From assembly GCA_003169895.1 (NCBI GenBank), contig PNAE01000004.1, positions 297,186-361,185 on the forward strand: a DNA stretch of 64,000 nt, read 5' to 3'. Source of the DNA: Gemmatimonadota bacterium (GTDB lineage Bacteria; Gemmatimonadota; Gemmatimonadetes; Gemmatimonadales; GWC2-71-9). The translations under genes and the position numbers were made by a program. Every line of letters starts with the position of its first letter. Position 1 is the stretch's first letter. Under the pieces are notes generated by a model, which worked only from the letters and a program-made list of their open reading frames with translations, had not been told where the DNA came from and ran no database searches. Shown one piece after another: positions 1-10,490 of this stretch.

Positions 1-144
1 GTCGTCGCGTAACTCCGGTGGATGGGTTCGTGCCGGCGGCGAGCGCCGCCCCGATTCGCTCGACAGCCCTACCCCTTTTCGGTCCGGAGCGCGTTCTTCT
101 CAGGTCGCGCTGATCGTCCCTGTCTCGTGATCCAAGGACCGCCC

Positions 145-2856
145 GTGTCCCGTCGCCGAGTTGTGCTGCTGTTCGTCCTCCTGATCCTGCTGGGCCTCTG
201 GTTCTTTCCCGCGCTGGTCACGCTGATAACCGATTGGTGGTTCTTCCGGGAAATCGGATACCAAGTGGTCTTCACGCGGGAGATCGAGACACGGTCGCTG
301 CTATTCGTCCTCGTCGGGGGAGTGGCCACCGCGTTCCTCTATTTCAACCTGCGCATGGCGCAGCGCGGCCTCGCACCGGTCCCGTTCCACCTACCCCTGG
401 CCGGCGGGGCCGCTGGCCTGGTGAACCTCACTGCCCTGGTTCGGCGGGCCACGCTGCCGTTCACCGTGGTGCTTGGCGTCCTGATCGGCCTTGGCGCGAG
501 CGGCTCGTGGGACATGGTCTTGCAGGTGACCCATGGTACCCGGTTCGGCATCGCGGATCCGGTCTTCTCGCGCGACATCGGCTATTACGTGTTCACGCTG
601 CCGGGGATCGACGCCGGCGTGGGAATGTTGCACGGCCTCACGCTCGCTGCCCTCGTCCTCCTGTTGCCAGTGTACTGGGTGCGCGGCGACATCATCTTCA
701 CTCCGCCGCGCCGGTGGATCATCGAGCCCGGGACCACGAAGCATCTTGCTGTCCTGTTGATGGCGCTTTTTGTTCTTACCGCAATCCGGCTCTGGTTCGT
801 CGCTATTCCGAGTCTGCTGTATTCCACGACCGGCCCGCTGGTCGGCGCCAGCTACACCGACATCCACGCCACGCTGCCCATGTTGCGCCTCTCGGCGGCG
901 CTCGCGCTGGTCGCCGCCGGTGCGATACTGGTCGGCGGCGCACGCGGCAAGCTGGTGCGCTACAGCGCGTGGGCCGTGGCGGGGTATGCCGCCGTGGCGC
1001 TGGTTGGACGCGGCCTGTTCCCGATGGTCATGCAGAAGTTCCTGGTCGCACCGACCGAACTCACGCGGGAGACGCCGTATCTCCGCTATCACATTGCCGC
1101 GACCCGCGCCGCGTGGGGGCTCGATAGTGTGGAAGTCAAGGATCTCAGCGATGTCGGCACCCTTGCGCTGGCCGACATTCAGGCGAACGCCGCGACGATC
1201 GACAACGTCCGTCTCTGGGACCGCGATCCGCTGCTGCAGACTTTCGGGCAGCTGCAGGAGATCCGCACCTACTACGACTTCCTCAACATCGACGATGACC
1301 GTTACTGGATCGATGGCAAGTACCGGCAGGTCCTGCTCGCGCCCCGGGAGTTGAACGCGGCGTCACTCCCGACCCGGACGTTCATCAACGAACATCTCAC
1401 GTTTACCCACGGCATGGGCCTTACGGTCGCTCCGGTCAACCAGGTGACCAGCGAGGGGCTCCCGGTACTCTTCATCAAGGACCTGCCACCAGTGTCGACC
1501 GTGTCGCTCAAGGTCACCCGTCCGCAGATCTACTACGGCGAGAGTCAGTACGACTACGCCTTCGTCGGCACAAAGGAGCAGGAGTTCGACCACCCAGTCG
1601 GTGACCAGAACGTGTACGCCAACCATACCGGCGCGGGCGGGGTTCCCGTTGGCAACGTATGGCGCCGCCTGCTGTTCGCCATCCGGTTCGGCACCTCGAA
1701 GATCCTGTTCTCCGGCGATATCACCGATGACAGCAAGGCGCTCTACTATCGCAATATCACGGAACGCGTGGGTCGTGCACTGCCGTTCCTGCAGTTCGAC
1801 CGGGATCCCTATCTGGTGATCGCGGCGGACGGCACGCTGAAGTGGATCCTCGACGCCTACACCAGCACCGACCGCTATCCCTACGCGCAGCGATCGTCGG
1901 ACGGCACGACCTACATGCGCAACAGCGTGAAGGTCGTGCTCGACGCCTATCACGGGACCCTCAAGGCCTATATCAGTGCGCCGAACGACCCGTTGATCCG
2001 GACCTGGGCGCGCATCTTCCCCGGCATCTTCACGTCGATGGACAGCATGCCGGCCGACCTTCGGGCCCATATCCGCTACCCGGACGAGCTCTATCAAATG
2101 CAGGCCCGGCTGTATACCACATACCACATGGATGCTCCGGAGGATTTCTACCAGCGGAACGATCAGTGGCAGATTCCGGCGGTTGAGGATAGCTCGGGCG
2201 CGGTGCCATTCATGCGCCACATCGTGATGCGCCTCCCCGAGGAGCAGCGGGCCGAGTACATCTACATGGTGCCGTTCACCCAACGCGGCAAGGACAACCT
2301 GTCGGCCTGGATGGTGGCGCGGAACGACGGCACGGAGTACGGCAAGCTGAGGGTGTATCGCCTGCCGCGGCAGATCCTGGTGTACGGTCCCACCCAGGTC
2401 GAAGCGCGAATCAATCAGGATACCGACATCTCGCGCCAGATTTCGCTGTGGGATCAGCGGGGCTCCAAGGTGGTGCGCGGCGACCTGCTGGTGATCCCGA
2501 TCGAACAATCGCTGCTGTACGTGCAGCCGCTGTATCTGCAAGCCGACAAGGGGCGGATCCCGGAATTGAAACGGGTAGTCGTCGCCTACGGAAACCAGGT
2601 GGTGATGGACGAGACGCTCGACGGGGCACTGACGACGATGTTCGGCGGGGTCACGCGCCCGCGGGCGGCGCCGGCGGTGGCAACATCAGCCGGCGCCGCC
2701 GCCTCGGGCGGCAATGCCCAGTTCCAGGCGGACGCGGTCGAGGCGCGGCGCCACTTTCAGGCCGCGGTCGACGCGCAGCGCAACGGCGACTGGGCGAAGT
2801 ATGGCGAGGAACTCAAGGCGCTGGGGCAGATCCTCGACCGGATCGGCAACAAGTAA
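145..2856 (+). CDS. UPF0182 family membrane protein
   Basis: ORF 22..2856. It has multiple N-terminal TM helices followed by a large soluble domain. The ~900-aa size and layout are typical of UPF0182. Start moved to GTG 145, which is preceded by AAGGA (134-138). Confidence 0.75.
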   Translation: MSRRRVVLLFVLLILLGLWFFPALVTLITDWWFFREIGYQVVFTREIETRSLLFVLVGGVATAFLYFNLRMAQRGLAPVPFHLPLAGGAAGLVNLTALVRRATLPFTVVLGVLIGLGASGSWDMVLQVTHGTRFGIADPVFSRDIGYYVFTLPGIDAGVGMLHGLTLAALVLLLPVYWVRGDIIFTPPRRWIIEPGTTKHLAVLLMALFVLTAIRLWFVAIPSLLYSTTGPLVGASYTDIHATLPMLRLSAALALVAAGAILVGGARGKLVRYSAWAVAGYAAVALVGRGLFPMVMQKFLVAPTELTRETPYLRYHIAATRAAWGLDSVEVKDLSDVGTLALADIQANAATIDNVRLWDRDPLLQTFGQLQEIRTYYDFLNIDDDRYWIDGKYRQVLLAPRELNAASLPTRTFINEHLTFTHGMGLTVAPVNQVTSEGLPVLFIKDLPPVSTVSLKVTRPQIYYGESQYDYAFVGTKEQEFDHPVGDQNVYANHTGAGGVPVGNVWRRLLFAIRFGTSKILFSGDITDDSKALYYRNITERVGRALPFLQFDRDPYLVIAADGTLKWILDAYTSTDRYPYAQRSSDGTTYMRNSVKVVLDAYHGTLKAYISAPNDPLIRTWARIFPGIFTSMDSMPADLRAHIRYPDELYQMQARLYTTYHMDAPEDFYQRNDQWQIPAVEDSSGAVPFMRHIVMRLPEEQRAEYIYMVPFTQRGKDNLSAWMVARNDGTEYGKLRVYRLPRQILVYGPTQVEARINQDTDISRQISLWDQRGSKVVRGDLLVIPIEQSLLYVQPLYLQADKGRIPELKRVVVAYGNQVVMDETLDGALTTMFGGVTRPRAAPAVATSAGAAASGGNAQFQADAVEARRHFQAAVDAQRNGDWAKYGEELKALGQILDRIGNK

Positions 2857-2871
2857 CCGCATTGCTGTCTG

Positions 2872-3405
2872 CTATCGCGCCGGCTCGGTCAGTGCCACAA
2901 CCAGTTCGCGGCAGAATGTCGGAAGGTCAGCGACAACGCGTCCCCAGACGAGGTGACCTTCCCGGAACGCCGGGGCGTCGACCCACGTCGCTCCGGCATT
3001 GACCAGGTCGTCCTTGATGCCGAGCGAGCCGGTCGCCTTCCGGCCTCGGACGATATTGGCGGAGATCGCGACCAGGCCGCCATGACAGATGATCCCGATC
3101 GTCTTGGCGGCCGCATCCATATCGCGGACCAGATTGGTAACTGCGACGGACCGCCGCAGCTTGTCGGGTGCCCAGCCGCCGGCGAGTACCAGGGCGAAGA
3201 GGTCCGCGGCTTGCAGCGCCCCGACCGTGGCTGACGGGACGATCTCCAGGCCGTGCTTGCCGCGCACCGGCTGCTCATCTATCGCCGCGGCCAGCACCTC
3301 AGCGCCTTCTTCCTGCAGCCGCATGAACGGCACGTAGAACTCGAGATCCTCGACGCCGTCGGCGACGAGGATCGCGATCCGCTTCCCCGCGAGGCGTAGC
3401 GCCAT
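2872..3405 (-). CDS. DJ-1/PfpI family protein (type 1 glutamine amidotransferase-like)
   Basis: 177 aa. KRIAILVADGVEDLEF N-terminus and the nucleophile-elbow motif IGIICHGG are typical of DJ-1/PfpI. Confidence 0.85.
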   Translation of the reverse strand: MALRLAGKRIAILVADGVEDLEFYVPFMRLQEEGAEVLAAAIDEQPVRGKHGLEIVPSATVGALQAADLFALVLAGGWAPDKLRRSVAVTNLVRDMDAAAKTIGIICHGGLVAISANIVRGRKATGSLGIKDDLVNAGATWVDAPAFREGHLVWGRVVADLPTFCRELVVALTEPAR

Positions 3406-3613
3406 GTCAGCACCCTCCCTTCACCGGCCAGCGGTTAGTACCGACGCCGGTACAGGCAGCTCGCGCGGGAGACCGCCGTGCCGGCAGGACGATCGCTGCG
3501 AGTGTGGCGGGGAGTATGCGCATGGGTTCTTTCGTGAAGCGGTTCAGTCGCGGGTCCGGGAATACCGGTAGCGACGCCGGCCCGGCCGTGCGCAACATAG
3601 CCGGAACCGGCCG

Positions 3614-6307
3614 TCAACCCCGGCCTGGCGCGACGAGAATCGTGACGATGCCGCGCGCTGGCGCTGTAAACGGAACCACATGCGCGTCATCGAGATCGAT
3701 CCGGCCGAGCGTGGACTCGTCGGCGCGCAGGAGCTCGGCCCGCGCCACGGCACCGGCCAGCACCCAGCGCCCAGCAACCGGCGCGAATTGGGTGTTGTAG
3801 CAGCGGAGTACCGCGCCAGGTCCCGATTCCGGCGGCTTGAGCGATGCGAAAACCAGTCCCTCGCCCTCGAGCGCAACCTCGAGCTCGCGGAGCAGGGGGA
3901 GGGTACCGGTGAAATCGCGAACAAAGGTCGATTGCGGTGCGAGGAACGTGTTCTCCCAGAGTCCCTCGAGCACCATCACGTCGTCCGCTTCGCCGTCGGC
4001 GAGCGGTGCGAGCGCAAATTCAATGACGTGCAGGCCGGGCTCCTGCGCGTCCGGTGTCTCCATCGGCCAGCCCGCATGCCCGGGACGAGTGGGCAGCGCC
4101 CCGCGGGAGAGCTCTCCCACCGATCGGAGCAGGGTGAATCTCAATTCGTGATGTGCCGTCCATTCATACTCGAAGAAACCGGGGCAGAGCAGCGCGAGGC
4201 CCCGGTCACCGCTGCCGACGGCCACATAACGTTGCGCCGGTGCCGTGGACACCGGCTGTTCCGCGGGAAAGGTCCTCGTCTCGTGGTCGACCGGATCGCG
4301 CTGTTCGAACCCGAACGCAGCACCAGCGGTCGCGGCTGTGCCGGCCCCGATCGGGAAGTTCAACCGGAGGCGATGGTCGCTGGCACGGTTGTCGATCTCG
4401 AGCCGAATGCGAAGCACCGGACTGTCGGCATGGACCACCAGCACCATGCGGCCCACGACTTCGCCGTGTCCGGCGGACGGCATCGCGAAGCGCGTCTCGA
4501 TCGCGGCGACGAGCGGGCCGCTCGCGAGCACAGTGCGATCGATCGGCCGCGCGGACCAGACCATCGGGCCACCGTTCCGCACGCACGGGGTATAGGTGTC
4601 GCCGAGGTCCTCCTCGTCGAACAGCCGCACCACATCGACGTAATGTTGCTCGCTGCGCCGATCGATCAGGTCCACTTGACCGTCGTCGCCGACATGCACC
4701 TCCAGATACCTATTGCTGATCCGCCGGTCGTGCACCTCGAGTCCCTGCGGCACGGGCGTACGGCTGGCCATGCACAGCGTGAACCCGACCGCACCGAGCG
4801 CGGGAATAGCCGGTGAATCGAAGGCCACCAGGACGCGATCGACTTCGTCCTGATCGGGATAATGCCGCCCGGCATCGATGCGCTCGGTGCCCGGAGCGAC
4901 CGACAGCACCTGTACCGGAATGACCTGGCCGTCCACGCTCGCGAGGGCGAACGACTGGAACCCGGGGCCGGTGCGCGGCGCGCGCCCCGACGGCGGCCCC
5001 ACCATCACGTCACGCCGGAAGCAGGTGACTTGCGCGGTCACGATCCCACCCCGCGCCCGTGGCACCGGATTCCACACCAGCAACGTCGGCGTGACCGTGG
5101 CGGGCTGCTCCTGGGCGGCATCGGGGTCATGTTGCGTGAGCTGCTGCCACGATGTTCGCACGATTTCGCGACTGAGCGCGGACACCGACACGATGCGAGT
5201 TTCCTGTTCGCGCGCGACGAGATCGTTGCAGCAGCCGCAGAGGGTGTCGTGGAACTGGCACTGCAGCAGTGTGCGCCATGCGACGCGCAGCAGTCCTCTC
5301 TGGTCTTCACCGGTTCGCCAGCTCGCCAGCGTCGCCAGGACTTCCGCATGGCGGTGGAGGAGCAGTTCGGCCGCACCGTGCCGCCGCTTGAGTCGGGCAC
5401 GAGTCGCGTGAACACCCTGGAGGGTCCAGGTGTGTCCGTACGACCACCGAAGTTCTCCGCTGATCCGTTCGGGCCGCCGCCCACCGGCTGACGGGACGGC
5501 TGACTTCAACCGGTCGGCGTCGAGGTCGGCCCGAACCGAGTCGAAGTACTCCTGCAGCGTGCTCAACTGGACGGCGTGGTCGGGTTCGAGCGCCTGGATA
5601 CGGTCGCACAGCACGCGGGGGTCGTGCGGCGGAGCGTGGTGATCGGCGCCGATGAACACGGCGACATGCGACGTGACTGCCCGGTCGACGAGTGTCCGGC
5701 GAATTACGCCCCAGTGTCGCCGCGATTCTTCCGGCGAGCCGGCGAGCGCAGCACCGATCTCGTAGCCGTGTGCCGGCAGATGATACAGGAGCATTTCGGC
5801 GCCGTCAGCACCGTGCCAGCAGTACAAGTCGCGCTCCGAGCCGCTCGGATGGCCCAGGCCCCGCCACGCCACTCCGGCGCAGATGCCGAACTCGTTCGCA
5901 AGTGTTGGAAGGATTGCAGGATGCCCAAAAGCGTCGGGACTGTACAGCACAGCCATTCGCCTGCCGAGTGCGGTGCAGTCTTGCCCTCCCTGCAACAGGT
6001 TCCGCAGGAGGGACTCGCCGGATGGAATCAGTTCGTCACCCAGGACGTACCATGGGCCGACCTCGAGGTGGCCTTGGGTCACCGCACCCGTGACCCTCTC
6101 TCGCCAATCCGGCCGAACCGCCAGCGCATCTTCCAGGATGATCGTCTGCCCGTCGAGGACGAATCGTGCGTCGGGATCGCGTTCGAGCAGCTCCAGCAGA
6201 TTCCCGGTTGCCGCGACGAGCCTCGCCTGGAATGCGGCACGCGGCAAGTACCACTCACGATCCCAGTGTGTGTGCAGGATAAGGTGGAAAGTCGTTTGCT
6301 CCGGCAT
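3614..6307 (-). CDS. glycoside hydrolase family 38 alpha-mannosidase (cytoplasmic, mannosylglycerate-hydrolase-like)
   Basis: 897 aa. The N-terminal LILHTHWDREWY motif is characteristic of GH38. No signal peptide. Confidence 0.85.
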   Translation of the reverse strand: MPEQTTFHLILHTHWDREWYLPRAAFQARLVAATGNLLELLERDPDARFVLDGQTIILEDALAVRPDWRERVTGAVTQGHLEVGPWYVLGDELIPSGESLLRNLLQGGQDCTALGRRMAVLYSPDAFGHPAILPTLANEFGICAGVAWRGLGHPSGSERDLYCWHGADGAEMLLYHLPAHGYEIGAALAGSPEESRRHWGVIRRTLVDRAVTSHVAVFIGADHHAPPHDPRVLCDRIQALEPDHAVQLSTLQEYFDSVRADLDADRLKSAVPSAGGRRPERISGELRWSYGHTWTLQGVHATRARLKRRHGAAELLLHRHAEVLATLASWRTGEDQRGLLRVAWRTLLQCQFHDTLCGCCNDLVAREQETRIVSVSALSREIVRTSWQQLTQHDPDAAQEQPATVTPTLLVWNPVPRARGGIVTAQVTCFRRDVMVGPPSGRAPRTGPGFQSFALASVDGQVIPVQVLSVAPGTERIDAGRHYPDQDEVDRVLVAFDSPAIPALGAVGFTLCMASRTPVPQGLEVHDRRISNRYLEVHVGDDGQVDLIDRRSEQHYVDVVRLFDEEDLGDTYTPCVRNGGPMVWSARPIDRTVLASGPLVAAIETRFAMPSAGHGEVVGRMVLVVHADSPVLRIRLEIDNRASDHRLRLNFPIGAGTAATAGAAFGFEQRDPVDHETRTFPAEQPVSTAPAQRYVAVGSGDRGLALLCPGFFEYEWTAHHELRFTLLRSVGELSRGALPTRPGHAGWPMETPDAQEPGLHVIEFALAPLADGEADDVMVLEGLWENTFLAPQSTFVRDFTGTLPLLRELEVALEGEGLVFASLKPPESGPGAVLRCYNTQFAPVAGRWVLAGAVARAELLRADESTLGRIDLDDAHVVPFTAPARGIVTILVAPGRG

Positions 6308-6402
6308 CTATGACGGCCGGTTACGCGGATAGGGCGGATCGCTCTTCGTCACGCCGACTCTTTCCGCCGAGGCGGGGGCGTTAGAGATGGTCGCACTTGT
6401 TA

Positions 6403-7773
6403 TCAATCATCGGAGTGGAGTCGCAGGCGCACACGCCGCGGTTTGTCGGCCGCATCGTCGATCCTCAACCGAATGTGTCTGGCGGTAACGGGAGCGAACC
6501 GGTCCAGTTTCCGGTATCCAATCGTCGTACCCCGAGAAAGCGTTCGCCACGAGCCGCCATCGGAACCTTCAACGGCATACCGGGCTACAACCTGGCCATG
6601 CATAATGTCCTCGGCGAGATCCACGATACCGATCGACGTCGCGTGACCGAGGTCCAGTTCACCAGTGGCGGTCCGGCCACTCACCTTCCAGGTCATCCGA
6701 TGGCCGGCAGCGACGTCGCGGGTGAACAGGCCGTCGAGTGTGGTGCGCATCCCGGCAAGGCGAGCGACGTCGGTAGCGTGCAGCAGTCCTTCGCGTGTGG
6801 GCGGTACGTTGAGCAGCAGCTTGGAATTGCGGCCGACCGACGAGAAATACAACGCCACCAGACGGTCGACCGACTTGACGTTCACGTCGTCGGCGGGATG
6901 ATAGAACCACCCGGGCCGGATCGACACATCGGTTTCGCCGGGCCGCCAGACGGAACCTGCCGGATCGCCCTGCTGGAGCATCCGGGTCGCGGCGTCGCCA
7001 CTCGCCCCCGGATAAGGGACCACCGCGGGATCGACCGTGGACCAGTTCGTTTCGCCCGCGGAGCCGTTCTCATTGCCGATCCAGCGCACATCCGGTCCGG
7101 CGTCGGAGAACATCACGGCGTTTGATTGCAGCTGCCGGACCAGTTGCCACACCCGCGGCCAGTCGTACACCTGGCGCTTGCCGTTCGGCCCCTCACCGTT
7201 GGCGCCGTCGAACCAGACTTCCTGAATCGGGCCGTATTGCGTCAATAGTTCGGTCAGTTGCGCGCGATACATCTCATTGTAACGCGGCGAATCCCCGTAG
7301 GCCGGCGCGTTCCGGTCCCACGGCGAGAGATACACGCCCGCCTTGAGGCCTTCGGCGCGGCAGGCATCGACCAGCTCACGCACCACATCGCCCTTGCCGT
7401 CGCGCCAGGTGCTGCGGGCGACGGAGTGATCCGTCGTGCGCGTCGGCCACAGGCAGAAGCCGTCATGATGTTTGGCCGTCAGGATCATCGTGCGAAACCC
7501 TGCCGCCCGTGCCGATCGCGCCCACTGCCTGGCATCGAGCGCACGGGGTGCGAAGATCACGGGATCTTCGCTGCCGTCGCCCCATTCGCGATCGGTGAAT
7601 GTGTTGACGCCGAAATGAAGGAACATCGCCAGTTCGTCGCGTTGCCAGTCAAGCTGCGGCCGCGATGGCGTCGGGCGGGCCGGCGCCATGGCGGGGCGTA
7701 CGCTGCCGGTCAGCGGATGCCTCGCAGCCAGCATGGCACCGGCCTGGGTGAGGAAATCGCGACGGTTGGTCAC
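6403..7773 (-). CDS. alpha-L-fucosidase (GH29) with C-terminal F5/8 type C (discoidin) domain
   Basis: Motifs FGVNTFTDREWGDG, LTAKHHDGFCLWPT and EVWFDGANGEG. Tat-like leader VTNRRDFLTQAGAMLAA. GTG 7773 overlaps the GH3 stop (GTGA). Confidence 0.85.
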   Translation of the reverse strand: MTNRRDFLTQAGAMLAARHPLTGSVRPAMAPARPTPSRPQLDWQRDELAMFLHFGVNTFTDREWGDGSEDPVIFAPRALDARQWARSARAAGFRTMILTAKHHDGFCLWPTRTTDHSVARSTWRDGKGDVVRELVDACRAEGLKAGVYLSPWDRNAPAYGDSPRYNEMYRAQLTELLTQYGPIQEVWFDGANGEGPNGKRQVYDWPRVWQLVRQLQSNAVMFSDAGPDVRWIGNENGSAGETNWSTVDPAVVPYPGASGDAATRMLQQGDPAGSVWRPGETDVSIRPGWFYHPADDVNVKSVDRLVALYFSSVGRNSKLLLNVPPTREGLLHATDVARLAGMRTTLDGLFTRDVAAGHRMTWKVSGRTATGELDLGHATSIGIVDLAEDIMHGQVVARYAVEGSDGGSWRTLSRGTTIGYRKLDRFAPVTARHIRLRIDDAADKPRRVRLRLHSDD

Positions 7774-10409
7774 TTGACGGTCAGCGCTCCTCGCAAACGG
7801 ATGTCCTTCGACGAGCTGCCGATCATGACGCGGAACACCCCCGGCTCCACCGCCCAATGGTTGGCTTCGTCCACCATCTGCAGTTGCGGCGGGCCCAACG
7901 GGAAGAGCACCTCGCGCTGCTCCCCCGGTGCGAGATGCACGCGCTGGAAGCCTTCGAGCTGCATGACCGGCCTTGCTGTTGTGGCGAGCAAATCACGAAC
8001 GTACAGCTGCACCACCTCGTCACCGGCCCGGTTTCCGGTGTTCCGGATGGTGCACCGAACCGTGGTGCTTCCGGTCGCGCCAATGGCGGCCGAGTCGATC
8101 GCCAGTCCGGAATACTCGAACGTGGTGTAACTCAAGCCGAATCCGAATGGAAACAGCGGCTGGCCGGTCAGGTCGACGTAGTCATCGCCGCGGCCCGTTG
8201 GGCGGTGATTGTAGCTCAGCGGTAACTGGCCTTCCGCGATTGGAAAGGTGATCGGCAGCCGGCCGCCCGGGTTGTAGTCGCCGAACAGGACGTCCGCGAC
8301 GGCGGCGCCACCCTGTTCGCCCGGATACCACGCGTCAACCACAGCGCCGACCGAATCGATCCAGCGAGACATCGTGATCGCGCTGCCGCCAATGAGTACG
8401 ACGATCGTTGGCTTGCCGGTGGCCGCGACGGCACGGATCAGGTCTTCCTGATGTCCCGGTAGCGCGAGTGAGGAGCGGTCGCGGAACTCGCCTTCTTCTG
8501 CGCCTGCAACCACCACGGCAACATCGCTTCGCTTGACTTCAGCCACCGCGGCGTCGATCCGGTCATGCCAGTCCTGCGGTACGCCGGCATCCCAGACCAG
8601 CTTCACCCGCGCGTTACCCGTGCTTTCGAAGTATTCCAACCGGATGTCATGGATGCTCCCCGGGGTGAGTTGCACCGGCCTGAGGGTTACGCCGTATGAC
8701 CGCTTGGTCCAATCGTCGATCAACAACTTGTCGTCAAGATAGAGTCGGTACCCGTCGTCGCCTTCCACTCCAATGTGGATCCCTCCCTTGCCCGGGGCGG
8801 TCAGGTGTCCCGTCCACCGGACGGAGTACCAATCGAACGGAAGGCCGCGCCCGGGGGAATTGAGCGTCCAGCCAAAGTCCACCTCACGGTCAGTGCGCAC
8901 CAGGCGCGGCACGCCTGCCAGCGTGTTGTTGTCGAAATACTCGCCGCGGAGTCCATGCACACCCGCGCTGTCTCCATCGGGAGAGAGTGCGTGTGACGGC
9001 ACGATGCCGTAGGTCGGAGACAGGCGGCCGGGTCCGGCGGCATAGTGAACCACGCCCATCTTGGCCCGAATGCCATCGAGAATGGAGACCCTGTCGCCAC
9101 CGGCACCGCTATAGCCACCCTGCCGGGCCTCGACCGCGTCGGTCCCGACGACCGCCACGGACCGCAGGCCGCGTTGCAGCGGCAGCGTGCCGCCGGCGTT
9201 CTTGAGCAGAACCACCGCCTCGTGCGCCGCTTCGAGGGCGATCGCGCGATGCAGCAGGTTGCGATTCCAGTATGCCGCGGTGTCCGGATCGGCGTATGGA
9301 TGTTCAAAGAGGCCGAGCTGAAACTTGGCACGCAGCACGCGAGTCACCGCTGCGTCGATCACGGAGTCGGCGATGACGCCGCGCTGGAAGGCCGAGAAAT
9401 ACGGCTGGTACTGCGCGTACGCACTCTGGAAAATCACGTCGAGTCCGGCGTCGAGCGCGTCCCTGGTCGAGGATGCCGTGCTCGCCTCGGTCAAGTGCAG
9501 CACCGTAGCGCCGGCGGTTGCTGCGGCATCCGAGATCACGAATCCCGTGAATCCCCACTCTCGCTTGAGCTTGTCGGTGAGAAGCCAGCGATTCTGCGAC
9601 GCCGGCACGCCACTCACGGAGTTGTAGGCCGCCATCACCGACCGTGCACCTGCTTGCTGGATGACCGCCTTGAATGGCGGGAAGAAGAGTTCGTCCAGCA
9701 ATCGCGCGTCGTAGTCGATCGGATAGCTGTCGCGCCCGCCGTCGCCCACGTTGGCGATGAAATGCTTCGGCGTCGCGACGATGCCTGCGGATTCAATGGC
9801 GCCAACGAAGGCCATCCCCATTTGCGACGTGAGCCACGGATCCTCGCCGTAGGTTTCTTCGACCCGGCCCCATCGCACGTCGTTAGCGATGTTGATCACC
9901 GGCGAAAGCACCTGCCTGATGCCCCGGGAACGCGTCTCCCGCGCGATCGCACGGGCGACGCGCCCCATCATCGCGGTGTCCCAGCTGGCGGCCAGCCCGA
10001 TTGCCTGCGGAAACACCGTGGCGCGTCCGGCAGCGAGACCGTGCAGCGCCTCCTCAAATGGGATGATCGGGATGCCGAAGCGGGTGCGGTCCACGAAGTA
10101 GTGCTGGACGGCGTTGATCTTCTCGGTGTGGCGGCGTACCGCGTCGGCCGTGGAGTCACCGCTGAGCCTGATCTGCAACCCGAAGATACCGTGCGAGTAG
10201 TCGTTCCTCGGGTCGTCCAGATCGCCGGGAATCATGAACAATTGCCAGAACTTCTCTTCGAGCGTCATCCGGCCGAGCAGGTCGGCTACGCGGCGCTCGG
10301 TGGACAGGCGCGGGTCCCGATAGGGCAGGGCGGACGGACCCTGGGCGGCGAGTACGACCGGGATCGCCGCGAGGCCGATCGCCAGGGACAGGGTGTGTGG
10401 CAAGCGCAC
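7770..10409 (-). CDS. beta-glucosidase (GH3) with inserted PA14 domain
   Basis: GH3 N- and C-domain motifs (GVPASQNRWLLTDKLKREWGFTGFVISD). PA14-like segment (GLRGEYFDNNTLAG...DDGYRLYLDDKLLID). Sec-type leader VRLPHTLSLAIGLAAIPVVLAAQ. Start set to GTG 10409, because the longer ORF runs through the tRNA gene. Confidence 0.85.
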   Translation of the reverse strand: MRLPHTLSLAIGLAAIPVVLAAQGPSALPYRDPRLSTERRVADLLGRMTLEEKFWQLFMIPGDLDDPRNDYSHGIFGLQIRLSGDSTADAVRRHTEKINAVQHYFVDRTRFGIPIIPFEEALHGLAAGRATVFPQAIGLAASWDTAMMGRVARAIARETRSRGIRQVLSPVINIANDVRWGRVEETYGEDPWLTSQMGMAFVGAIESAGIVATPKHFIANVGDGGRDSYPIDYDARLLDELFFPPFKAVIQQAGARSVMAAYNSVSGVPASQNRWLLTDKLKREWGFTGFVISDAAATAGATVLHLTEASTASSTRDALDAGLDVIFQSAYAQYQPYFSAFQRGVIADSVIDAAVTRVLRAKFQLGLFEHPYADPDTAAYWNRNLLHRAIALEAAHEAVVLLKNAGGTLPLQRGLRSVAVVGTDAVEARQGGYSGAGGDRVSILDGIRAKMGVVHYAAGPGRLSPTYGIVPSHALSPDGDSAGVHGLRGEYFDNNTLAGVPRLVRTDREVDFGWTLNSPGRGLPFDWYSVRWTGHLTAPGKGGIHIGVEGDDGYRLYLDDKLLIDDWTKRSYGVTLRPVQLTPGSIHDIRLEYFESTGNARVKLVWDAGVPQDWHDRIDAAVAEVKRSDVAVVVAGAEEGEFRDRSSLALPGHQEDLIRAVAATGKPTIVVLIGGSAITMSRWIDSVGAVVDAWYPGEQGGAAVADVLFGDYNPGGRLPITFPIAEGQLPLSYNHRPTGRGDDYVDLTGQPLFPFGFGLSYTTFEYSGLAIDSAAIGATGSTTVRCTIRNTGNRAGDEVVQLYVRDLLATTARPVMQLEGFQRVHLAPGEQREVLFPLGPPQLQMVDEANHWAVEPGVFRVMIGSSSKDIRLRGALTVK

Positions 10410-10490
10410 GGTGGATGATAACTCGCCGTGCGAAGGCTTGATCGCCAGCCTCCGCACCCACAAGTTTGGCCCCCGCCTGGCATGGCGCCG

